Positions 8,024-14,843 of a stretch of DNA of 24,190 nucleotides are shown piece after piece (within the stretch, counting starts at the first letter, position 1; every line of letters starts with the position of its first letter). The notes under the pieces are model-generated. The model saw nothing but the letters and a program-made list of their open reading frames with translations. It was not told where the DNA came from and did no database searches. Source of the DNA: an uncultured Candidatus Saccharibacteria bacterium (GTDB taxonomy: Bacteria; Patescibacteriota; Dojkabacteria; SC72); contig CAZCCQ010000001.1 of the NCBI GenBank assembly GCA_964497595.1, positions 1-24,190 of the forward strand. Reading direction: 5' to 3'. The position numbers were made by a program, and so were the translations under genes.

Positions 8024-8743
8024 ATGGCAAAAGTAACAATAGAGGATATTAAATTGCTAAGAGCAAAGACATCTGCCGGTATGGCTTTGTGTAAAGAGGC
8101 TTTGGAGAAGTCAAAGGGCGATATGAAGAAGGCAATAGAGTATATTAACGAGAGAAGTGATGTTATTGGTAGATTGAGAAACTTGACTGGAGCTAAGATA
8201 GGGCTTTGTAAAATTGCTTTTCAGGATGCTGAGAAAGATTTTGAGAAGGCAGTAGAGCTGATCAAAGAGCGAGGTTGGGATGATCCAATGCAGGGTGATT
8301 CTGAAGGGAAAGCAGAGGGAGTTATAGATGCGTATGTTCACGGAGCAGACAAGAGATTGGTTGCTTTGGTAGAACTTAACTGTAAAACAGATTTTGTTGC
8401 TAAGAACGAAGATTTTAGAACTTTAGCACACGAAATTGCACTTCAGGTAGCTGCTATGAAGCCAGAGTTTGTTTCTAAAGATTCTTTAGATGAAAAGGAA
8501 TTGAAATCATTGAAAGAGACATTTGAGAAGGAAATAGAGGGTGGGAAAAAATCAAAAGAAATGGTTGAGAAAATAGTGGAGGGTAAGTTAAATAAATATC
8601 TGTCTGAAAAGTGTCTTTTGGAGCAGAAGTGGTTTAAGGATGAATCTAAAACAATTTCTGCACTGTTAGACGAAGCTACTCAGAAATTAGGTGAACCTCT
8701 AAAGGTTTCTAGAATTCTTGTGTGGGAGTTAGGCAAAAAGTAG
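8024..8743 (+). CDS. tsf: Elongation factor Ts, short type, with duplicated N-terminal UBA-like domain
   Basis: IKLLRAKTSAGMALCKEAL, AEGVIDAYVH, LVELNCKTDFVAKNEDF, LAHEIALQVAA, LLEQKWFKDESKTI; directly follows rpsB. Confidence 0.95.
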   Translation: MAKVTIEDIKLLRAKTSAGMALCKEALEKSKGDMKKAIEYINERSDVIGRLRNLTGAKIGLCKIAFQDAEKDFEKAVELIKERGWDDPMQGDSEGKAEGVIDAYVHGADKRLVALVELNCKTDFVAKNEDFRTLAHEIALQVAAMKPEFVSKDSLDEKELKSLKETFEKEIEGGKKSKEMVEKIVEGKLNKYLSEKCLLEQKWFKDESKTISALLDEATQKLGEPLKVSRILVWELGKK

Positions 8744-8751
8744 AGTCATTG

Positions 8752-8780
8752 TAGACATCTTTGCTCCATTCATATACAAT
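8752..8780 (+). promoter_or_regulatory. Putative sigma70 promoter of frr-rseP
   Basis: TAGACA (8752-8757), 17-nt spacer, TACAAT (8775-8780); GGAGG SD at 8798-8802 before ATG 8813. Confidence 0.6.
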
Positions 8781-8812
8781 TATCTGTATATAACATTGGA
8801 GGGGGTACTTCT

Positions 8813-9358
8813 ATGGATTTAAATCAATTTAAGGTTGATATCTCTAAGTGTGTAGATCACGTAAGGGAGGATCTTTCTCAGATTCGAACTGGTAGGGCAA
8901 CTCCTGAATTGGTGGAGGAAGTTCTAGTAAACGCATATGAGAGTCAATCTCCTATTAAAAATTTAGCAACAATTAGCGTTGTAGATGCCAAGACAATAAA
9001 TATTCAGCCTTGGGATAAGACGATTTTAGATAATATTAGCAAGGGTATTAGCTCTGCTAACTTAGGTTTTTCTCCAATATTGGAGGGAGATAGAGTTCTT
9101 GTTAAAATTCCTGATTTGACGGAAGAAAGAAGACAGGAGTATGTCAAGATTATGAAAGAGAGAATAGAGGATGGTAGGGTTGCAGTTCGACAGGTAAGGC
9201 AGAAGCAGATGAAAGATATTGATGAGTCTCAGAAGGGTGGGTTATCGGAAGACGAGGCTGATAGATTGAGGGATGAGGCAGAGAAAGTGGTGAAGGATGC
9301 AAATAGTCAGATAGAGAGTATTCGAGAGGAAAAAGAGAAAGAACTTTTAACTATTTAA
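8813..9358 (+). CDS. frr: Ribosome recycling factor
   Basis: IRTGRATPELVEEV, IQPWDKT, KIPDLTEERRQEYVK, EDGRVAVRQVR. Confidence 0.97.
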   Translation: MDLNQFKVDISKCVDHVREDLSQIRTGRATPELVEEVLVNAYESQSPIKNLATISVVDAKTINIQPWDKTILDNISKGISSANLGFSPILEGDRVLVKIPDLTEERRQEYVKIMKERIEDGRVAVRQVRQKQMKDIDESQKGGLSEDEADRLRDEAEKVVKDANSQIESIREEKEKELLTI

Positions 9359-9375
9359 CTTTTTGAAACTTTGAT

Positions 9376-10518
9376 GTGTCGGTAGTAATAAACATACTTC
9401 TTCTTCTGTTAGTTATTGGAGTTCTTACTTTAGTGCACGAGTTGGGGCATTTCATTGCAGCTAAGATAGTTGGAGCAAAGGTTTTTGAGTTTTCTCTTGG
9501 TTTTGGGCCTTTACTTCTTTCTAAGAATTACAAAGGAACGAAGTACAGTATTAGAATTCTACCTTTTGGTGGTTATGTGAAGATATTGGGAGATGGAGAT
9601 CCTTCTGAAGAGGAGTTTAAGAAGGGGGATAAGAAGGGGGATTTGAGTAGAAAACCTAAATATCAACAGATATTTGTGATGTTGGCTGGTGTGACAATGA
9701 ATATTATTTTAGCCATTTTCATATACTACATTGTATTGGGTTTTTCAGGTTGGAAGTTGGAGTTGAGTCAAGAGATGGAGAATTTTAAGCCGGTAGGAGC
9801 TGAGATATACAGAGAAAGAGAGAAGGATGTAGAGTATGTGGAACTTATTGAGGGCGGTGAGGCTTCGAAATCTGGATTGCCAAGTAAGGCAGTAATTAAA
9901 TCAATAGATGGTGTGGAGGTAGAGTATTCTGATGATGTGGGTAAAATTCTGAGAGAAAAAAAGAATGAAGATATTACTATGTTGTTGTGTGTTGATGCTG
10001 TTTGTTCTAACTATACAGTAAGAGTTTCAGAGAATGGGAAGATTGGTATTTTACTGTCTAGTAACTATTCTGTAATTCTTTCATATGAGAAGTACAAGGC
10101 ATTTGCAGGTTTTTCCCATATTAAGAATAGTCTTACTTTGATAGGCTCCAAGCTTTCAGAGATTATTAATAATGCTAGAAGTACTGGAGATTATACTGAG
10201 CTTTCTAATTCTGTTTCTGGTCCCGTTGGTATCTATTTTGTTATTGATTATATTAAGAAATTTGGTGTTATTCCATTTTTGAGTATTATTGCGGATTTGT
10301 CTGTTTCTTTAGCAATTATTAATGTTTTACCAATTCCTGCTTTAGATGGTGGTAGAGTTTTGATATTACTAATAGAGGGTATTTTTAGAAGAGATTTAAA
10401 TGAGAAAGTAGAAGCTGCTATTATTAATATTAGCTTTATTTTATTGATTATTTTAATCTTGTTTATAATGGTAAAAGATATTATAAATATAGATAATATT
10501 AAAAGTATGTTTAGTTAA
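9376..10518 (+). CDS. rseP: Site-2 intramembrane zinc metalloprotease (RseP/RasP, M50B) with a PDZ-like insert
   Basis: VHELGHF (HExxH), FSLGFGP, LPFGGYVKILG, AGVTMN, SGPVGI, NVLPIPALDGGRV. The GTG start is uncertain. Confidence 0.95.
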   Translation: MSVVINILLLLLVIGVLTLVHELGHFIAAKIVGAKVFEFSLGFGPLLLSKNYKGTKYSIRILPFGGYVKILGDGDPSEEEFKKGDKKGDLSRKPKYQQIFVMLAGVTMNIILAIFIYYIVLGFSGWKLELSQEMENFKPVGAEIYREREKDVEYVELIEGGEASKSGLPSKAVIKSIDGVEVEYSDDVGKILREKKNEDITMLLCVDAVCSNYTVRVSENGKIGILLSSNYSVILSYEKYKAFAGFSHIKNSLTLIGSKLSEIINNARSTGDYTELSNSVSGPVGIYFVIDYIKKFGVIPFLSIIADLSVSLAIINVLPIPALDGGRVLILLIEGIFRRDLNEKVEAAIINISFILLIILILFIMVKDIINIDNIKSMFS

Positions 10519-10536
10519 AATTTTTTACTGCTCAAT

Positions 10537-11742
10537 ATGGCGAATGTTAAGTTTCAGGGAGATAGAACAGCTTTGGTAATAGTTCTTTTAGCTGTTTTTT
10601 TGATATTAGGTGGGATGGGTGGTTATTTAATATGGAGGGTTAATCAGGATAAGACATTGAGTCCGACGGATAGTGACGCAGGACAGTGTCCAGAAGGGTG
10701 CTATTGGCATGGTGCTGCAGGTAGATGTACGGGGAGTGGTGGATGTGACTGGAGCGATACATACAAAACTGAACTCATATGCGATCCTTGCGACGCAATT
10801 GATCCAAGTTGTTCTAGTATAGCTAATAGGGGTAGTGTAGGACCTGTGGGTTCTTCTTGTAACTCTTCTAACTGTGGGGGTGATTGTGGGAAATATACAT
10901 ATAAATGTGGCTCTGTTTGTTACGATGCTTCTTGTGGAGATCGTTATTGTAATTATACTCCACCTTCCGAACCAGCTCCTGTTGTTAAATACACTCTTAA
11001 ATACGTGGCTGATACAGGTGGTACTATATCAGGTAATGCTACTCAGACGGTGGAGAAGGGCAAAGGAGGTACATCTGTAACAGCTGTACCAAGTACTAAG
11101 TATAAATTCTCAAAATGGAGTGATAGTTTAACTACTGCAAAAAGAACAGATACGAATATTACTGCCAATAAAACATATACAGCAAGTTTCATACTAGCCT
11201 GTGGAGATAAAATCTGTGATCCTGATGAAAATGCACAGACTTGTCCCTCTGATTGTGCAGCTAACTGTGGAGATGGGTTCTGTACACCACCGGAAAATGC
11301 TCAAACTTGTCCTAAAGATTGTGCCGCAAACTGTGGTGACGGATTCTGTACACACGATGAAGATTCGTCTACCTGTCCTCAAGATTGTCCTGCTAATTGT
11401 GGAGATGGATTATGTACGCCTCCAGAAAATGCTCGAAACTGCCCTAAGGATTGTACAGGAGTGTGTGGAGATGGGTTCTGTACTCATACAGAAGATTCAA
11501 CTACCTGTCCTCAAGACTGTGGTGCTATTCCTCAAACAGGGCTCTTTGATGATTCTAAAAATATAACAATAATGGGAGCAGTATTACTCTTCTTAGGTCT
11601 AGGCTGGTCTTGGATTAGCTCAACAGTAATGTCCTCTTTAAATACACTCTCTGTGAGATACGAAGAGGGAACGAAACAATACAAAGCAATACAAGTAAAA
11701 AGAAACAGAGACAGATTTGAAAGAAAGATAGTAAAAAAGTAA
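10537..11742 (+). CDS. Cysteine-rich surface protein: N-terminal TM, Cys-rich domain, InlB-B/Flg_new-like repeat, five CGDxxC repeats, IPQTG, C-terminal TM and basic tail
   Basis: Hydrophobic helix near the N-terminus; YTLKY.ADTGGTISG...VTAVP...YKFSKWSD...TYTASF; five 22-aa Cys repeats; IPQTG at 11527-11541 followed by a TM. Confidence 0.75.
   Translation: MANVKFQGDRTALVIVLLAVFLILGGMGGYLIWRVNQDKTLSPTDSDAGQCPEGCYWHGAAGRCTGSGGCDWSDTYKTELICDPCDAIDPSCSSIANRGSVGPVGSSCNSSNCGGDCGKYTYKCGSVCYDASCGDRYCNYTPPSEPAPVVKYTLKYVADTGGTISGNATQTVEKGKGGTSVTAVPSTKYKFSKWSDSLTTAKRTDTNITANKTYTASFILACGDKICDPDENAQTCPSDCAANCGDGFCTPPENAQTCPKDCAANCGDGFCTHDEDSSTCPQDCPANCGDGLCTPPENARNCPKDCTGVCGDGFCTHTEDSTTCPQDCGAIPQTGLFDDSKNITIMGAVLLFLGLGWSWISSTVMSSLNTLSVRYEEGTKQYKAIQVKRNRDRFERKIVKK
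11200..11520 (+). repeat. Five tandem 66-bp units encoding CGDxxCxxxExxxxCPxDC
   Basis: Units start at 11200, 11266, 11332, 11398 and 11464, each beginning TGTGGA/TGTGGT. Confidence 0.95.
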
Positions 11743-11747
11743 AAACT

Positions 11748-11758
11748 TGTGATATAAT
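11748..11758 (+). promoter_or_regulatory. Extended -10 promoter of rpsU-yqeY-ybeY-pth
   Basis: TGTGATATAAT (TRTGnTATAAT); strong AAGGAGG SD at 11775-11781 before ATG 11786. Confidence 0.75.
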
Positions 11759-11785
11759 CCACAGTATTAATTTAAAGGAGGTATT

Positions 11786-11986
11786 ATGTCAGTTATAGTG
11801 CATTCAAACGAAAATATAGATAGTGCATTAAAGAGACTTCATAGAGAAGTACTTAGGGAAAAGATTCTTGAGACTTACAAAAACAAGGCTTACAGAATTA
11901 AAAAAGCAGATCTAAAAATTGCAAAGAGGAAAGAATGGGCAAAGATGAAGAGAAGAAGAAGAGCTGCTGCAAGAAGAGCTAGATAA
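11786..11986 (+). CDS. rpsU: 30S ribosomal protein bS21
   Basis: VIVHSNENIDSALKRLHRE...KRRRRAAARR; 66 aa, basic, strong SD, lies upstream of yqeY as in the conserved order. Confidence 0.85.
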   Translation: MSVIVHSNENIDSALKRLHREVLREKILETYKNKAYRIKKADLKIAKRKEWAKMKRRRRAAARRAR

Positions 11987-12004
11987 GTTTAGCTGTAATA
12001 TCCA

Positions 12005-12448
12005 ATGTCATTGATAGAAACTTTAAGAAAGGATATGTTTTCTGCTACTAAAGAGGGTAATTTAGACAAATCAAATATTCTTAAAATAGCCATAGCTTCA
12101 GTGAAAAATGCTGAGATAGAAGTGGGAAAAGAATTAGAAGATGTTGAGATAGTAAAAATATTGAGAAAAGAGGTTAAAAAGATTGAAGATTCCATTGAAC
12201 AGTATGAGAAAATGGATAGGAAAGATTTGCTAAATAGAGAAAAAGCTCAATTATCTGTTTTGAATGAATATCTACCTCAGCTAATGAGTGAGGAGGATAT
12301 TAAAAAGGTTGTCAAGGAAAAGATAGAGGAGCTAAAAGTGGATAGTCAGAGAGATTTTGGTAGAGTAATAGGTGTGGTTATGAAAGAATTAAGTGGTAAG
12401 GCAGATGGGTCTGTAGTTAAGGATATAGTGCAATCCTTACTAAAATAG
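12005..12448 (+). CDS. yqeY: GatB/YqeY domain protein
   Basis: KEVKKIEDSIEQYEK.DR.DL...EK.QL.VL.EYLPQLMSEE, DFGRVIGVVMKELSGKADG..V. Confidence 0.92.
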   Translation: MSLIETLRKDMFSATKEGNLDKSNILKIAIASVKNAEIEVGKELEDVEIVKILRKEVKKIEDSIEQYEKMDRKDLLNREKAQLSVLNEYLPQLMSEEDIKKVVKEKIEELKVDSQRDFGRVIGVVMKELSGKADGSVVKDIVQSLLK

Positions 12449-12450
12449 GT

Positions 12451-12915
12451 ATGAGAGTACACTTTTTTAACTGGTCGGCTTTTAAAGAAATTTCCCTTAA
12501 TATCTCTTTGTCTAAGAAAAAACTTCAAGAAAGTATTATTAAACACTTTGATGTATACAACATTTCAGAGGTGAGTATCATTTTTATAAAAAGTAAGGAT
12601 ATTAAGAAGTTGAATAAACAGTACAGAGGAGCGAATTCTGTTACGGATGTGTTATCCTTTGTGATTGATAGAACGCCATTACTCGCTGAAGTGTATGTTT
12701 GCCTTGAGTATATTAAAGAAAATACACCTGCTAATTTGTACTGTGAAGAAGTACTAAGAAATATTGTGCACGGTTTACTGCATATCGCAGGGTATGATCA
12801 TAAAGGCAACTTCTCTAATGAGAAAGGGGATATAGAAAAAATGTTTGTAAAACAAGAAGATATATTGCACAATATAGTTAATGAAATTGATAACGGCACT
12901 GGGCAATCCAGGTAG
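12451..12915 (+). CDS. ybeY: rRNA maturation endoribonuclease YbeY
   Basis: IKKLNKQYRGANSVTDVLSF and IVHGLLHIAGYDH (HxxxHxxGxDH). Confidence 0.93.
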   Translation: MRVHFFNWSAFKEISLNISLSKKKLQESIIKHFDVYNISEVSIIFIKSKDIKKLNKQYRGANSVTDVLSFVIDRTPLLAEVYVCLEYIKENTPANLYCEEVLRNIVHGLLHIAGYDHKGNFSNEKGDIEKMFVKQEDILHNIVNEIDNGTGQSR

Positions 12916-13444
12916 AAAATACAGCAAAAGTAGGCATAACACAGGCTTTCTCTTCCTTGATAGGTTAAGAGAAAAATTTCTTTTTCAGAAGAATCTTACA
13001 GTAACAGATTGGGAAGAAGAAAAAATATTTATGTCTGAACTATCATTTCTAAAAAAAGGTTCTAAAGTCTTGGCTATCTTTCAAAAACCTCTTACTTTTA
13101 TGAATAACTCAGGACAAGCAATCAGCAAAGTAATTAAAAAGTATGGAATTGAAGATCTAGAAGAAGACTTTGTGCTTGTACACGATGATTTAGACTTAAA
13201 ATTGGGTAAATACAAAATACAATCAGCAAAATCTCCGCAAGGGCATAATGGAGTTAAAGATGTAGAGAACAAGCTTAAAAAGAATTGTTTTAGAAGAGTT
13301 AGGATAGGGGTTGAAAGCAGAACTAACAAAAACATCTCTGGAGAGGAGTATGTGCTAATGAATTTTACAGAAGACGAACGACTGGTGCTAGATGAGGTTT
13401 TAGAAGATGCAGTGAAAAGCCTCTTATCAGAGATACTTTTTTAG
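12881..13444 (+). CDS. pth: Peptidyl-tRNA hydrolase
   Basis: LGNPGRKYSKSRHNTGF, KPLTFMNNSG, VHDDLDL, GHNGV, RVRIGV, YVL.NF; overlaps ybeY by 35 bp. Confidence 0.96.
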   Translation: MKLITALGNPGRKYSKSRHNTGFLFLDRLREKFLFQKNLTVTDWEEEKIFMSELSFLKKGSKVLAIFQKPLTFMNNSGQAISKVIKKYGIEDLEEDFVLVHDDLDLKLGKYKIQSAKSPQGHNGVKDVENKLKKNCFRRVRIGVESRTNKNISGEEYVLMNFTEDERLVLDEVLEDAVKSLLSEILF

Positions 13445-14683
13445 CTATTTCTGGATGTATATCTTTTGAATTCTCTCTCTGTAATATTCCTTAACATCAG
13501 CATAGCTGTGCATTTCTAAATATCTATCATCTTCCAGTACAGTGGCCAAGAAATTCCCCTCAAGAGTAATTCCCATATTGATAATATCGTTATTTTTATC
13601 CATTAAGAAAAACAGCTTACCATACGGCAAAGATATCCCAAGCTCCATATTTAGGTCAATCAGCATATTCTTTTTCTGCAAATACTCGAGCAAAACAGTA
13701 TCTAATTTCATCTCCTGAGTATCATATGAACGAGTATTGGTTCTTTTGTAAAAATCAGCAAGAACAGGCTCAATGGGGTAATGAATATTAAAGTAGCTTT
13801 GAGAGACTACCCTATATGAGTTCATTGCACCAAATTTCTTTTGCATCTTTGCTATAATACCAGTTTTGTATGTATATACGGTCCACTTCTTAGAATTCAC
13901 TATATTCAGGGCAGCATCCGACAACTCACCAGCCCTAGCATTCTCTATATTATCCAAACCATTATTTCCAATATACATATCATCCGTATCAATTTTCTTG
14001 TCATAATCTGTGTCGTAGTTCATATTTCCTTTTGAATCATACATATAGCTGTTGCAGTAAATATTCATAGACAAAAAGACAGTGAAGACAAAGTAGAAGA
14101 GAGAGAAAAGTATGGAAGCGTAAAGGAAACCCCGAATAATGCTATTTTTCTTTAAGAATTTGTTAGAAAACATAAGCAAAAAGAGAGGGATTGATACCAA
14201 TTCCAATGCCATCATCGGACCCCAAGTGTAACCTCCACTTAATGTATATTCCAGAATATCCTTTAGAAGGAAGTATTTGGTAGTAGAAATGGGGTAGAAA
14301 AGCATAATATTAGTGGTAAGAACATCCATAATGATATGTGAGACCGTTGCAATCAAGAAAGTATTGACTACTACTTGCAGGAAGAATATAGATATTAGTG
14401 ATTGCAGTTTCTTCCCAAAAAGGGCGTAGATTGGTTTAATGAAAACTCTAAGAATAATCCAGAAAAGAATATAAAAAATGAGTGTATGGGTAAGAAGGTT
14501 GTGATGCAGAAAAGAAGGCAACCCTTTCAAGATTAGGAAGAAAAAATCAAAATCAGGGAGGATTGCGAAAAAAATCGAAAGAAAAGCGATGACTACTTGC
14601 TCGCCGAATTTAAGCTTCTCTATCTGCTTTTTCTGGATTAGCTCATTTGCAATATATCCTACAGGTCCGTGTGCGATTAACAT
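13445..14683 (-). CDS. YdjM-like membrane metal-dependent hydrolase fused to a ~200-aa soluble domain of unknown function
   Basis: N-terminal AHG, AILPDFD, HHNLLTHTL and SHIIMDVLT match the YdjM/DUF457 His/Asp pattern; several TM helices; DTDYDKKIDTDD loop opens the C-terminal domain. Confidence 0.7.
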   Translation of the reverse strand: MLIAHGPVGYIANELIQKKQIEKLKFGEQVVIAFLSIFFAILPDFDFFFLILKGLPSFLHHNLLTHTLIFYILFWIILRVFIKPIYALFGKKLQSLISIFFLQVVVNTFLIATVSHIIMDVLTTNIMLFYPISTTKYFLLKDILEYTLSGGYTWGPMMALELVSIPLFLLMFSNKFLKKNSIIRGFLYASILFSLFYFVFTVFLSMNIYCNSYMYDSKGNMNYDTDYDKKIDTDDMYIGNNGLDNIENARAGELSDAALNIVNSKKWTVYTYKTGIIAKMQKKFGAMNSYRVVSQSYFNIHYPIEPVLADFYKRTNTRSYDTQEMKLDTVLLEYLQKKNMLIDLNMELGISLPYGKLFFLMDKNNDIINMGITLEGNFLATVLEDDRYLEMHSYADVKEYYRERIQKIYIQK

Positions 14684-14712
14684 ATCTTAAACAGGGTTGG
14701 TTTGTACAAATT

Positions 14713-14736
14713 TAATAGTCTACATATAGACTATTA
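14713..14736. promoter_or_regulatory. Perfect 10-4-10 inverted repeat, candidate operator
   Basis: TAATAGTCTA-CATA-TAGACTATTA. Confidence 0.6.
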
Positions 14737-14751
14737 TCACTTTTTTGTCAA
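14723..14751 (-). promoter_or_regulatory. Putative sigma70 promoter of the hydrolase gene
   Basis: Minus strand TTGACA (14751-14746), 17-nt spacer, imperfect -10 TATATG (14728-14723) lying in the centre of the palindrome. Confidence 0.45.
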
Positions 14752-14811
14752 AGAGTTCATATCTTATAGGGCTACTTAGTCCTCTAGTATATTAAATCTT
14801 CCATTAAAAAC

Positions 14812-14820
14812 TGATATAGT
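14812..14820 (+). promoter_or_regulatory. Extended -10 promoter of mfd
   Basis: TG-a-TATAGT; AAAGGA SD-like site at 14831-14836 before ATG 14844. Confidence 0.55.
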
Positions 14821-14843
14821 CTATTCGTAGAAAGGAAAAACAT

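Noticed and set aside
11200-11520. Regular 66-bp periodicity could suggest a CRISPR array
   Set aside because: The period is a multiple of 3, in frame, and conserved at the amino-acid level with synonymous divergence; it is a protein repeat.
11755-11763. TAATCCACA, an 8/9 DnaA box
   Set aside because: Isolated one-mismatch boxes are expected several times in 24 kb; there is no cluster or origin-like gap.
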